DNA from: Chara braunii
Taxonomy: Eukaryota; Plantae; Charophyceae
Direction of reading: 5' to 3'
Length of the DNA stretch: 64,000 nt
Assembly (NCBI GenBank): GCA_003427395.1
Contig: BFEA01000025.1
Span: forward strand, 3,071,036 to 3,135,035
Every line of letters starts with the position of its first letter. Within the stretch, counting starts at the first letter, position 1. The notes beneath the pieces are model-generated. The model ran no database searches, was not told where the DNA came from, and saw only the letters and a program-made list of their open reading frames with translations. The position numbers were made by a program, and so were the translations under genes. This document shows, piece by piece, positions 1 to 13,900 of this stretch.

Positions 1-967
1 AATTCAGCAGCAGCCGTCGTATGAACCAGGCCGGAGTGCCTGGATCATACGATATTTGGCTGCCTTTAAAAATAATAATAATAATAATTATAAAAAAAAA
101 AATGTTGTTTAGTTTATTTTTCTTCATAACATTTTTTTTTTTCGGATTTTTTTGAAAACTCTTTTGTTTTTTTTTGTTTTGTTTTTTTTTGGTCCACGTT
201 CGGCCCGAACGGCCGAACGCATTCCGAAGGGGTCCCGTACGTTCGGGCGTTCGGGTTCGGGCATTCGGCCCGTCTGGAACACCGGCAACCCTGCCAACAA
301 CAACAAAAAAAAACTAAAAATGAAAATAAAAATTAAAAACACCCTGCCAGGTTCTGTCTAAACAGTACAAGAGTATGCTGCGAGTCAGATATCAACCCCC
401 CCAAAAAAAAAAAAAAAAAAAAAAAAAACACTGTTCTCCTGCGGTAGACCATCAAAGGAACAGGTGTCAACGAACAAACAAAAAAAAAAAAACTGAAAAT
501 GAAAATAAAAATTAAAAACACTCTTCTCCTGCCACTTTCTCGTTAGCCCGAATGGTGCGACCGTAAAAAAACATGTATAAGTCAAGTAGGACTCTTGATA
601 GACAGATTCTGAGTTCAAGTCTCGACGGATACACAATAACATTATAGATGAGATTAGGAGCTAACCCTCGCCCACTCTTCTCAAAGCAACGAAAAGAAAA
701 GAAAAGAGAAGAAAAAGAAAAGAAATTAACGACAAGAAAACTCCTCAACACGAAAGTGGAATTGCTGAACGTACTACAACAACATTCCCTCTCCTCTCGA
801 CAACAACTGATCGGGATCGCATGCCTTGTCCCGCTCCTCTCGACAGCAACTGATCGGGATCGCGATCAGTGGTTGTCGGGGGATAAGGCAGAAGGGATGG
901 TGATGCAGAAATTGACGGATCCGATGCCTTGTCAATCTAGAGTGCATTTTCCTCTATGAGTGACAAG

Positions 968-1432
968 CCAAGGAGGAGGAGGAGGAGAGGAGGAGAGGAG
1001 GAGAGGAGAGAGAGAGAGGAGGAGGGGAGGAGGGGAGGAGAGGAGGAGGAGCGAGAGAGGAGAGGAGGAGAGGAGACAGGAGGAGCAGAGGAGGACAGGA
1101 GGAGAGGGAGAGGGAGAGGAGGGAGAGGACGAGGTGAGGACGGGAAAAAGAGGCAGAAGCCGAGGAGGAGAGGAGGGGGGAGAGGAGGGAGAGGAGGGAG
1201 AGTAGGGGGAGGAGGGAGAGAAGGAGAGGAGGAGAGGATTTGAGGAGGAAGGAGAGGACGAAGGAGAGGACGAAGGAGAGGAGGAGAGGAGAAAGGAGAG
1301 GAGGAGGGAGAGGAGGAGGGAGAGGAGAAAAGGAGGAGAGAGGAGGAGGAAATGAGGAGGGAGAATAGGGAAAGTAGGGAGAGGAGCAGGGAGAGGATGG
1401 AGAGGAGGCAGGAGAAGAGGGAGGAGGAGGTG
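968..1432. repeat. purine-rich (GGA/GAG) low-complexity tract
   Basis: Seen directly in the sequence. Confidence 0.85.
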
Positions 1433-1588
1433 GCCAGGAATCAAAATATTTTGATTCTCGGCCCTGATTGACAACCCCTTTATGTTATAAATATGCCTGG
1501 CCCTGATAACATTCTTATAACATAAAGGGGTCGCTGGTCGAGTACCTGGCCCTGATTGGCGACCAGTACTCTGTGTGACTCTTGACTA

Positions 1589-1693
1589 CCGTCATCCCCC
1601 GAACACAACGCACCCTCATTTTGACTGTATCGGGCTGGAAACATACCTTGAATACGTTCATTTTCAGGGTGCGCTGTGTTCGAGGGAAGCCGG
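1589..1693. mobile_element. 105-bp TA-flanked MITE, same family
   Basis: TA|CCGTCATCCCCCGAACACAACGCACCC...|TA; further decayed copies near 21525, 31740, 37026 and 42232. Confidence 0.78.
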
Positions 1694-1842
1694 TAGAGAG
1701 AAATGAGCAAGACAAATGAAAGAATTCGTCATTATCTGTGGGTGGATTATTAGTAGATAAAAGCATTTAATGCCATTTATATATTGGCACCCATTTATCT
1801 GTGGGCTTGGTATGCAACGCATTCCTAGTCATCATAATCGTC

Positions 1843-1873
<31 letters not shown>

Positions 1874-2491
1874 TCAACATCATCATCAACATCATCATCA
1901 ACAACAATCTTGATCGCGAGGAGGAGGAGGAGGAGAGGAGGAGGAGGAGGAGGAGCAGGACTTCGGGAAAAGAAAGAAAAGGAGAAGGGGGGGAGGACGA
2001 GGAGGGCGGAGGATGGGATTGTTGACAACGAAGCGGAGGAGGAGAAGGAAAGAGTAGATGACAGGAGACAAAGGGGAAGGAGGAGGGGNNNNNNNNNNNN
2101 NNNNNNNNNNNNNNNNNNNNNNNNNNNNNNNNNNNNNNNNNNNNNNNNNNNNNNNNNNNNNNNNNNNNNNNNNNNNNNNNNNNNNNNNNNNNNNNNNNNN
2201 NNNNNNNNNNNNNNNNNNNNNNNNNNNNNNNNNNAAGAGGAAGAAAAAGGAGGACGACAGGGAGAAGAGGGTGGACGAGGAGGAGGAGAAGGAGGACAAG
2301 AAGGAGAAGGAGGAGAAGAAGGAGAAGGAAGAGAAGGAGGAGAAGGAGGGGGAAGAGGAGAAGTCTTGGGATTTGAAAAGAGGGAACGGTGGGGCGGGTA
2401 GAGGTTGGGATTGCCGACACTTGACTGATTAGGAAAACTCCGAAAAAGAGTGGATTATCAACCGGATTTTTTTTTATTTATTTATTTTTTT

Positions 2492-2524
<33 letters not shown>

Positions 2525-2713
2525 AGGGGGGAATTACTTATAAACCGGATTGAATGTCAGACCGACTTTTTGAATAATTTATCGATCAACAGCTCTCTTA
2601 GTGCGTGATTGCTTTTTTCTATTTCTTTTGCACTTTTCCGACACCAAAAAAAAAGGGGGAAGGGGGGGGGGGTAAAGAAAAAAAGAAGAAGAAAAAAAAA
2701 AAAGAGAAAAGAA

Positions 2714-3136
2714 CTACCTGTCCTGGTGACTCATCAAGCAATAATTAAGATCATTTTTTGCAAGCTGGCACCTCCGCACTTTAGCAGCAGTCCCACTTGT
2801 TCCACACGCCGTCTGGACGCGGTCCAGCTCGGGACCGCAGATAGAGGAAATCAAACACAGGGCAGCAGATCGCTCCACGTGGCGGCAGATGAGGCTGCGA
2901 TCAGACGATGGAGCGCGCCGATGCTTATAGCGGCAGTCTTCCAGGCTGCGCAGCAAACGATCGCAGCGCGGAGTCGTCGAACTATCACCTCCTCCTCCTC
3001 CTCCTCCTCCTCCCTTGTTCCCCTCATCTGACGAGGCACCTCGTCGGGATACCGTTGATTGGGCCACGTGACCCGCCGCTGGCTTTTGATCTTCTTCTCC
3101 TGCCGAGTTCGCCTGCTGCACCGTTTGCTGCGACAT
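2714..3136 (-). CDS. CHCH / twin-CX9C (COX19-like) small protein, 140 aa
   Basis: ORF has four spaced Cys pairs: CDRLLRSLEDC (CX9C), CRHVERSAALC (CX9C), CGPELDRVQTAC (CX10C) and CQLAKNDLNYC (CX9C). The 'CG.SGTA.K...C......L..CL.SHQ' ending resembles a plant COX19-like CHCH family. The stop TAG overlaps a possible AG|GTAG donor, so a further exon cannot be excluded. Confidence 0.8.
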   Translation of the reverse strand: MSQQTVQQANSAGEEDQKPAAGHVAQSTVSRRGASSDEGNKGGGGGGGGGDSSTTPRCDRLLRSLEDCRYKHRRAPSSDRSLICRHVERSAALCLISSICGPELDRVQTACGTSGTAAKVRRCQLAKNDLNYCLMSHQDR

Positions 3137-3244
3137 CTAATTAATTGATTGATCGACTAATTAATGATTAATTAGTCATTTCGTTACGTTTAATCATATG
3201 ATCATTTTACCTAAATTTAATTTAATTAATTAATCACTTAATTA

Positions 3245-3415
3245 CCCCTTTGGGCATTTAACTTTGATGTTCCTGGACGCTATTTCGACGTGTTCTGAAC
3301 CGAAATCGTCTGGCTTACCGTTTCCCCCCCCCCCCCCAGTAGGACCTGACGATTTCGGTTTTGGAAAAACGCCGAAATTGCGTCCAGGAACGTCAAAGTT
3401 AAATGCCTAAAGGGG
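3245..3415. mobile_element. MITE with ~65-bp TIRs, TA-flanked
   Basis: CCCCTTTGGGCATTTAACTTTGA..CCGAAATCGTC / GACGATTTCGG..TCAAAGTTAAATGCCTAAAGGGG. Confidence 0.75.
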
Positions 3416-3946
3416 TAATTAACAAGCCAACACGAGGCAGCCCGAGGAGGGCCGGAGGCGGGGAAGGCGGGAGAACACGTGGCAGCACAAGAGGGGGAGG
3501 GGAAGGAGGAGGAGGCGGAGGAGGAGGAGGAGAGAGGAGGAGCAAGGGCAAGAGGAGAAGGACGTGGCGGCGGCAGAGGAGAATCACAGCGTATTTCACT
3601 GCTTCGGTACACATCTGAAAAGAGTTGACGTCAACAGTATTATCTGTCAGAGATTCAATGTGAGCACGGTTACCGAATCTCACGGCAATTACGGCAACTG
3701 TTCATTCATCTCAAAAACGTTGACGACAACGGTTTTCATTCTCTGGCAAAACTTCAAATGTGAGCAGGGTATCCAATCTGACAGGGGAACAACGACGAAG
3801 ATCGACGGCCAGTATTACCTCTTTTTCTTTCTTTTCCTTTTTTTTTTTTTCTTCTTTTCTCTTCGCTCTTTTTTTCCGATTTTTTTTTTCCGATTTTTTT
3901 TTNNNNNNNNNNNNNNNNNNNNNNNNNNNNNNNNNNNNNNNNNNNN

Positions 3947-3986
<40 letters not shown>

Positions 3987-4019
3987 AGAAAAACATTATT
4001 TTATGAGGAAGAAGAAAGA

Positions 4020-4077
<58 letters not shown>

Positions 4078-4957
4078 GGCAAATGGGCAAGGTCACCTTG
4101 CTTGCACGGATTGAGAAATCTTGACTTTGGATAGGGAAGAAGATCAACGGCCAATATTAGCTCTTTATTTCTTCTTTCTTTCTTGAAGTTTCTTTTTTCC
4201 TTTTTTTGTTCCGAATCCAAAGATATGTTCCATGATGACATGGCAGAAATCCAGTTAAAATATATGAGAGAAAATAAATATAGCTGTCCCCTGACGAGGA
4301 GAAGACAACTTAAAAAAAAGAAAAAGAAAAAAGAAAAAAAAAAAACTCTTAATCCGTGCAAGTAGTATACTTCTTTTTTTTTTTTTTTTTTTTGGTTGCA
4401 GGGTGGCGCAGATGGGGGAATATAAGCACTCTGGAGCATGTACCTATACTACTTCTGTCTGTCTGCTTTGTTTTTTTTTGGCAGTGGCCATGCTAATCTT
4501 CTTTCTCCATATCGTGCCATTTTTCTACCGGCATAAAGAAAAAGAAAAAGAAAAAAAAAAAAAACATTTTTTTTTCTTTATGCCGCATTCAAATAAACGG
4601 GGCACGGAAACACAATGCCTCGCCGGAAAAGGAAAAAAAAAAAAACTGTGTGTGTAAAATAGTAAAACAAACGTAACGAAAATTTGTAATTTTCTGATCC
4701 GTCAAAAAAGAAAAAAAAAAAAAAAAAAAAGTCATGTACCTCTGGACACAGATAGAATCATCAAACCCTTCCTATTAGATTTCACATACGATGCACACGC
4801 TCGCATTGTAGTTTTGCCTGTGCATGTACCCGTAATTGCAGGCAGGTGAATTGATGCTTCTACCCCCAAGACTAGGACATAACTCAGCTGAGCGGCGTTC
4901 TTAATATTCCCAAACTCCCCATCTCCCAATTTTTCTCTCTCCGAGCAAAAGGAGGCG

Positions 4958-5010
<53 letters not shown>

Positions 5011-5176
5011 ACACACACACACACCACACACGTGCACACACACACACACACGCACACAAGCACACACACAGGTACAGACAGAGAGAGAGAGAGAGGAGGC
5101 GAAGACACACACACACACACGCACACACACGCACACACACGCACACACACGCACACACACGCACACACACGTACAG

Positions 5177-5247
<71 letters not shown>

Positions 5248-6261
5248 GCATGGGTGAAATATAGAGTGGACATACTGCGGCGAGCTGAGGGCTTGAAAAG
5301 AGACAAATGACAGCCGAGAGCACACTCGCACTCGGACTTTTCAGACTGAGCTCTGGACTTACTTCTGATCAGATACATCAGGCGCAGCTGTATTTCTGGT
5401 CAGGTACATCCAAGGAAAGCCCTTCTAGTGTGAGGATACCCTGAGTTTGCTACTTCACTCCCGGTTGCTTCATACGTACCCATCAGGGCCATCACATTGA
5501 TTTGATTTAAGACATTATTATTCATGTACTGTATTAAATATTACAGGGATAAACCCAAAGAGCAATAAAACTTAAGCAGGTTTTTATTTCCTTTTTCCCT
5601 TTTTGTTGCTCCCATGGACCACGGATGACGTCAACCCATCATTGCGTGGAATATCTGTGTGTACCCCTACCGGTAGCCAACTGCAACTGGTGGAAATCAA
5701 CAAGAAAAGGACACGTGTCATCCGATGCTTTGTCGGGACTGAGGACAAGGTGGGCTTGCTGGGAATCGTTGACCTCCTCAACGCATTACCTGGACAACGT
5801 GAAGACGACACGTGTCCCGGCATGCGGGCGACCTCGTCGATTTTTTTCAAATTTTTTTTTTGTTGAAGACCCATTCTCGCTCTGCTAAAGGGAGTGATCG
5901 TGTAGCCAGTGAACCAACAAAAACAAAAATGGAAAAAAATGAAGTTCCCAGAGCAAATTGGTGCAATTGAGCAAAGCAGAGGGCACGTTTCGGTCGGGAC
6001 TGAGGACACGCTGGACTTGCTGGGAACTGTTGGACACATCGGACCCACCTCGGGACGGCTGGGAGTAGCCAACACTACCGACCACCGATAAGGGGTCTGA
6101 GTGTCCAAGTCGGACCCACAGCAAGGCAGTACACAGACTGCTCCCCGAGAGACGCAGAAGGGCCAAAATCAGTACAGTAATAAGGGGCTCGTTCCACACC
6201 ACTTGAGTTTCAAGCGTGCACCGTTCCACCGCTCCCGTTTTCACATTTTCAGTTTGGGCTG

Positions 6262-6442
6262 GCCCTTGAAACTCAAGGAAGGGCGGTCAGGGGCAAAACT
6301 GTCCGCCCTTGAGGGGCAAAACTGACCCCCCTTGAAACTCAAGGGAGGGCGGTCAGGGGCAAAAACTGACTGCCCTTGAAACTCAAGGAAGGGCAGTCAG
6401 GGGCAAAAGTGACCGCCCTTGACCACCCTCGAACTCAAGGAA
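6262..6442. repeat. ~43-bp imperfect tandem repeats
   Basis: CCCTTGAAACTCAAGGAAGGGCGGTCAGGGGCAAAA units. Confidence 0.8.
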
Positions 6443-6796
6443 GCTCCGAGAGGTGACTTGAGTTTCACGGGACCACAGAGGCCCGCCACCCAAACTGACA
6501 GGGGCTGGCCACTCAGAGAAATACCAGGGCCTATTTTGCTGGACTGGATATCCATCCAGGCAAAATGGGTCGGGCAATGCATGTGACCCGGCGGCCAAAT
6601 CCAGTCGGCCTCCCAAAATGAGGGAATTATGGGCCTATGATTAGTATCACAGCCCAATTTTAACTTCTTTTTTGTCTGGCGAAGAATGGAAAAACAGGGA
6701 GTCGAAAGCCAACCCCATTTTCTGTTCTCACGACCATAGACCTACTATTATGTCAAATACCATTCTAATATATTTTAATTTTGGAGCTACCTTTGT

Positions 6797-7836
6797 TGTG
6801 ATGCCCAACCTCACGCCCAGCGCGACTTCCTGATCAGAGTGGGATGGGGACCCGGAAGTGCAAAAAGGGGTGTGCCAAGGATTTGAGGAAAGTGGGGGTG
6901 GAGTCCCAGGTCGGAACTGAGATCTCCTGTGGCAAGTTCCAGGGGTACAGGTGCAAAAGGGGGTATACTCAGAGGGGAGGTAGCTGATGTCGCGCGGCAT
7001 AAGGCAGATGGCCTGCGCAGTGTATCTCAGGCTAAAAATCCGGGGCACTTTCTTGCTATCGCCGTACCGACAGATTTCACCATCGCCTCCGATTTCGTAT
7101 TCAGGGTCGGTCGCGCGGTTCGGCCGGTTGTCGGCGCCGCTCGTAGCAGGCCTCGGATTCCGCCGAGGCGGGCCGTACGCGGAGGCTGTGCAATCGCTGT
7201 TCAGCTTCGGTTCGGGCCTGTCAGGTAGTTTCCGAAGCTCGGTGCGCCCAGTACCGACAACCCTCGCACGGCAGGTTGGGCCAGTAGCGAGCTATGAAAT
7301 TCCACGGTACCACTGTGACTTGGTGATATGGGAGGAGGAGATGGAAGGGAGGGAAGCTGGTAGTAATAACGACGAAGCCGGGGGATATGAAATATTGCGT
7401 GTTATAAGTTTCCACGTAGTCAGGGCACCTGGGGTCGCTAGTTATGGCACAGTGAAAATCCCTGGCGCATAATCGATCGTTTTCTGTTAGGCAAGGGAAT
7501 TCTGGATTTCTTAAATTTCCCCGCCGTCTGAGTTGTTCGCCTTTCCAATACTCAATCAGGCCTGATCGCATAGCTCATGCAGGCGAACACTGGTAAGAGA
7601 CAACACAGGCATCGTTTAACAGATCGAAAAAATCGCTAAAAAAAAAACATACATTCATTCCATGCATACATACCGAGCCAAACAACAAGGAAAACCTGAG
7701 ACAATATACAAGAGAGGTTCAAAAGAGAAGGGTCGTGATAAAGAGATCGACCATATCAGAATCCAAAATTATATAGATGAACAGAGGAAAATGAAAGGAA
7801 CAACAAAAAGAAGCCTTATCCCACACCCACTCCACT

Positions 7837-7894
<58 letters not shown>

Positions 7895-8939
7895 GTGGCG
7901 GGCAGTCTGTCGCCTCGCATCAACACCCACGATACCGGCAGTCCGTCGCCGCGTATCCACACAGAGTTGTCACCCCGCTTGGTTCAAGCATGCAAGCTAG
8001 GTTCGCCCGTGCGCCACAGTCCGTCGCGACCCCGCACATCAACCCCACAAACCCGACACCAGCTCGTCGGATCGCCAAACTCTCACACTCACTCACCTTC
8101 CAAACTTGCTTGTTAGCCGACCCTCACTGATCGCGCTAACCTCGAAATTCTTAGAGAGCAAACTAATCGCGCTTGCGAAATTTATAGCATGCATGCTTGC
8201 GCAAAAGGTACAGAATTAAGCCCAAATGGACAAAAAGAGAAGAGAGGAAGTGTCTACATCTGCATGGGCAGGCCGCGGCGTGGGGGTCGTAGCCACTCTC
8301 CACGCATTGATCCGGTCATGCAGGCGCTTCGGCCAGTTAGAACAGAGTATGCGAGACGAGAAAGAAGAAGAAGAAGGCGGGCAACATAGGAGAACCAATA
8401 AAGAAGAAGGATTACAGTTACGATCGCGCCCGCCAAAAACAACAGTTGCACAACTTGAAGATTAAAGGCGCGATCCAGTCAGAACCCAGTTCCCCTCGCC
8501 ACAAGATGCGTGCGAACGCTATAGGACAAAATTAAGAGTACCTAAATTCCTAGTCTAAGTCCTAATTACAAAAGGAAATTCAGAAAAGAGAAACAATTCC
8601 GAGAGCCCGCGGGGGCTCGACATTAGTAAAAAAAAAATCAAAAATAAAAATTCATGCGCGCTAATCACGCCAAAATTCCTAATGCTCACAGCAGAACAAG
8701 AAAGAAGCTTTGGTACAGTTATTTCTTGCGCCGTCATGGCGCAGCCATCCAATCGTCGGCGCGGGGCTTTCCTAGCGCCGGCCCAACGAATTCCAACAAA
8801 AACGAAAAAAAAAGCGAGGGTATCTATGCAATTTGCCCAACCGAACCCCGCTTACGCCCGTCACCCATCAAAAGCCCTCCCGTTTTCCACATCGGCCTCG
8901 CGCAGGAAGTCGCGCGATTGCAGAAGATAGTTCGTCACA
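6797..8939. mobile_element. 2.1-kb TG...CA element (solo LTR or imperfect-TIR element)
   Basis: Ends TGTGA...TCACA, flanked by TTGT on both sides; 13-bp subterminal inverted match GCGCGACTTCCTG (6820-6832 / 8903-8915). Confidence 0.55.
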
Positions 8940-10498
8940 TTGTGAAGTCATTTTGACCTTACTTTTGTTACCACTACCACATGATCTATACCGTGTGCAC
9001 GGGGCTCCACGCAAGCGACTATGTTGGAGATCATAGAAATAAAAATGAACGATGAAAAAAAACATAGAAGTCCTTGATTTTATTGTTTTTCGTCTTTGTG
9101 CCCGGATGGTGTTTTCGTTCCAATCCGCCCTTATAGGGACCTATGTGACCTCATTTTGTACGCGAGCCAACCCCGGGTTGTGTTATGTGGAGTACATCGA
9201 GTGGAGCATGTGCGAAGGTTTATTCTTGGGTTCTTTGCTTGGGACGACAACACTTGACTTCCACAATATGACTCCAACATCCTATGGGTGGGTTAATCGA
9301 AGAGTATCGGGGGCTTACTTCTATTTTCAGCGGCCTCCCCTTACAACATACATATTTATTCAGATCATCTTTCTTGAGATGTTGACTTTCCGACCACTGC
9401 GGCACATGAGTGGTATGAGCAGTTTTGTTTTTTCTCATTCAAAGCAACCATGGCATCATGTGTCACAAGAGGGTAAAGCGCTGCACTTCTTGCCACGAAA
9501 AAGAACCCGACAACTAACAGCGTAACTGAGCTTGACCAACGGGCTGCTGAACCAGCGATTGAACGGCCGGGTACCGTGCTAGTAATACTTGACCCAAGCC
9601 CTGGTACTGATGCAGCTAGACCTCCGCTCAGACCTAGAACTGAAGGCCGACATCAGAAAAATCTCAGACTCAGTGACCAGTACCAAGCCGTTCGAGACGT
9701 CGAGGGCTAATCCAGAAATGCGACCGGATATGAGGGATGTTCACAGGTCCAGATCTGGGTAGACCATGATGTAGGAACCAGGGTGAGTGTTATAACCCAC
9801 ATGCGTTTGGGCAGATATTCGAGCCACATACATAGACCAACGTACTACTTGTCACCACGTGTGAAACCCTGGTTGCGACCTCGTGCGAACAATGCAACGA
9901 ACAAAAGTGCAACCGGGCGTGAGGGTCTGCACGAAAGGGATGAGAGGCGAAAGACTATAAATAAAAGGGGGATTCATTCGGGGAACGGAGGAACAGGAGG
10001 AGCCCCGCGCGCGTGGCGACCGACGGGAACCAAGTGAGCTTCATGTTAGCGGTAACCGCTCAGTCAAATCAGGTACATTGCACGCGAGTGGTTGAGAGTT
10101 CCGGCCGAGCCTGGGCATCTTGAGTTGTACAAGGTCGTCGTATGTCACACAGCGGTGAGTCACTGCCCTCGAACAAGGGTGGTCTGAGACCAAGCAGAAC
10201 GTGTTGTGACAGATGAGCTTACCTAAATAGATCGCGGTTAACGAGTCGAAGACAGCGAGTGACATGAGTAAGTAGTCATAGGAGGAACATGAAAGTGAAA
10301 GGTGGACTAGAGAAGCGTAGCATGAGCGATTGCGGGGATCGTGCAAGGAAGCTCAGTCACCGGAACACGGGCGCGTCACTCCTGATCGACATACGAAGGA
10401 TTACGACGGCATGCGGCTCAAACTCCATGCAGACTGATGAGGTGACAAAGGAGATCGCAACTTAGAGTCCTTAAGGGGGGTGAGAGAGAGAGAGAGAG

Positions 10499-11607
10499 TG
10501 TTGCACATTTGAGAGTGGGCGCAGCTGATCGTTAGTGCTAGCAGGTACGTTTTGCGGTAACTCAGCAAATACGTGGGGTGATTCGAAGCGCACTAATTAG
10601 AGATGGCATTCATTCTTGGAAGGGAAAAATGAAAGGGAGAGTGACCAGTACTAAGTAGAAATAACGGTCAGAAATTATCGAATCAATGTAAGCATAGAGG
10701 AGGAATAAATTGTATAGCTGCGAGTGTGTGAGAGATGCGGAGAGAGAGTTAAGGGAGAGCATCTTTGGTGTGACCGCTATCGGAAGTATTTAAGACCCAA
10801 GCGACTGCATTCGAACTCCTCCGACATTTCTGCAAGTACATGGATAGAGAGGCGTCGGGGACTAATCGGCAAAGCAGTTGGTTGCATTAGAGGAAGAGTT
10901 GGGGGGGGCGCGTACGCCAAAGAGGTTTCGCAAGAGCGAACGAGCGGGAAGTACTAGAGTGAGAAAGAAAACAAGATTCGAAAGGAGGACCGTGAAAGTT
11001 TCGAACTCGTCACTCGTGAGGTGTTTGTGGTAAGCAAGACATGGGGGAAGAAAAAGTAGCATGGCAAAGGTGAGTTAAGAAACTGTCGTCCATGTTGAAA
11101 CTGATATTGAGCGGCAAAAGAAAGTGGGTAGTAGTTAGGTTGTACTTTGACGCATGAGCGGTTAGGATCAAGCAAAAACTTTCGAGTAACTGCTGGAACG
11201 ATTGACCAATGGTACAGACTAACTGCAGCTCTGTGGTCCAACTCGATGTATGAGATCGTTGGCTACCAAGGAAGAGTTGAAGAGGCAGAAGAGACGAGGA
11301 GAGAGAGAAACACGGTACTCTAAAAATGAGTTTGAAAGGGGCAAGAAAACGACACGACTTGTACAAGGTAAAGTGAGAGGACGATGAGGGGAATGATTGA
11401 AGCATCATGACCAAGTGTAAAGAATAAAAGTTAGCAGTTAACTGACGCAAATGAGTGAAGGTGAAAGGGGAAAAGTGAAGTGAACGAGGGGAGGACTCCA
11501 AAAAAAGGGATCGAGCTACCACAATGAGACGAGAAGCTATCGGATCCGCAGACGCTCAAGAGTTAAACTTGGGGCTTATCTGTTTGTTATATGATTACGT
11601 CTCAACA
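10499..11607 (+). mobile_element. putative 3' LTR preceded by a polypurine tract
   Basis: AAGGGGGGTGAGAGAG.. immediately precedes TGTTG; the segment ends in CAACA; no partner LTR seen. Confidence 0.45.
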
Positions 11608-12349
11608 GTAAGTTGCACCGTTGTGATATCATAAAATTCTGATGTCGATGACCAGTCATGACGGTCTAGCATATGCCCACGACATTGCAAGTCCCCCTTT
11701 AAATGTTCTGGTTCTTTTGATTGTCAAGGTGACAAAGTTCGCGGCCATTTGATACGTCTTCATTTTTTAATCTGGACCCCCCCACCTCCCCCCACCCCTG
11801 TTGAAGTGACAGAGCATGACGATGAGGTGTTAGGGGACTAACGAGTAAAATTTTGCATCCTTTGAGCAGATGTAAGTGAGGAAAGAAAGAGGATGTTTGC
11901 TGATTGAATCGCTTATTTTCTAGCTGTATGTTGAGGTATGAAAGCATGTTGGGTTCCGCTTGTTCCACAGATCACCTAACGTTGTACTAGGTTTAAGTGT
12001 TTTTTTTTTTTTTTTTTTAGGGGCCCAATGCCCAAGGCTGATATTGTTTTTAAAAAAAACTAAGGCCAGGGTCCTCACAGTCTTCTCAGAGTAGCCCAAC
12101 AAAATCTATATCATCCCTTTTCACCCTTAATAAGATGCCAAAAAATTATCTCATCCTAACATTTGTATCCTCAAATACTTACATTGAGTCACCACCAAGA
12201 GAAACCTTATCAAACTCATAATTTGTCTCATTCATACCCATATCATGACATGAGAATCATACAACGATTCAACAGGGGGAAAAAATCCGAGAATTTTGCA
12301 AGTGGACGAAGTGAGATTGTAGAGTCAACTTCAAACCAATCATTGAAAG

Positions 12350-13900
12350 ATAGGCGATAGTTCATTTGAAATTTATCCTCGTCTCTTACTTGTTCTCCCT
12401 CCCACTTCACCTGACCCATTTTCCCTCCCTAATCCCCCCCAAGCCAGCAACGATTAAACGATCGTATGTGATACCAATTTTTTTTCTTGGATGTGATATA
12501 TTGTATTTTTTCTTTAACTTTCTCCCATCTAGCTAACATATCGATTTGAATTTGTTGTTTAATAGTTTCCATGAACTCAGACCCATCCAATTGTACCCTT
12601 TTCATTTCTTACGTACATCTTCTCATCCATATTGCCCACAATATAACCCTTTTACCAATAGTTAATAAATTTCATGTGAAATCATCTATCTGTTATGGGT
12701 TCCATGACTCAAGGAGCAACGCTTTCCACTTCCATGCCTAGGTATGAGAAGTACCCAATTGTTGTTAGATTTTATCCCACCAACGCCATAACCATATTGC
12801 TCCTGGACATTAGAGGAAGATATGTTCAATGGTTTATGTAATGAGCATCTTTGGAAAGACCGACTTGTATAACTTACACCAAGGAAGAGCAATTTTTTTT
12901 TGTTATAGAGAGGTTCTGTCAATAATTCAATTGTTGGTTGGGAGGCATTTGTGAACAATCTTCCATTGTAAGAAAGTCACTTTTGCAGGTTTCAAATTAC
13001 TATTATTAAACGATGTGATGATTGATCTTAACTCATCTCTATTTACATTTAAATGTTTCATTCACCTATCTTCAATCTTTCTCTTAGTATTGATTTTTTG
13101 TCTCAGCATCCTATAAGTTGATTTGACTTTTAATGTGTGCAGCTCTATGGAGTAGGATTTACCTTTCCCCATTTAGCTAGTCCATCTCCAAATGGCTGGG
13201 TCTGTAGGTGAGGAAGATATAGGGATATCTGGTTTGAAAGTTAGTCATTTCTCCTTTACATCTAAGACCCGGGTTCTGAATACTTGGGTCTCTTGCATCC
13301 ATCTTGTGCTTTTCTTTTGAGAAACTATCACAAAACCATATATTCCTATCTCATAAATTTCCAACAGAATTAACTCAGCATCAAAATATTCAATAACATT
13401 CCCCACCACACTGGTCTGACCCTTCATAGCTACCCAATCTGAAGCACATAACTTAAGTCCCTTCCTAAGAATACGAACCCAATCTAGAGGAATTATATCA
13501 ATTATTTGTTTTAGAGCCCAGTCCAAATGATGACAATAACAAAAATGAATATGTAAGTTTGAAAGAGAGATCCACTCCCTTTCTTCTTTATCCCAAATAT
13601 CTTTAATCCTTATTACTTCATTCTAAACTCACCCTTTCCAGTGGGAATCCGTAGAATGTAAGATATATACTTGAGGATCCCTTAAAAAAACATTATTAAA
13701 TAGGGGTTGTTGACACACTTCCTCCCATCTTTGAGAAGGTATTCTGTCAGAAGGTGATAATTTTCTCCATATTTTAATTATATCAATCCATAATGAGTCA
13801 TTTCTTAGATCTCTTCTGGCTACTTGTCTGTCCGATTCTTCAGGTTACAGTGCTTCTTTTGACTATATTCGCTGTTCTAGTAGTCTTCCTTCAACCTTGA
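12350..13900 (-). mobile_element. old, degenerate LINE ORF2 3' fragment
   Basis: Minus strand gives TIEHIFL*CPG near 12800-12835, a W-A-I-W motif near 12630 and 'IIDIIPLDW', paralleling the other LINE copies; limits approximate. Confidence 0.65.
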
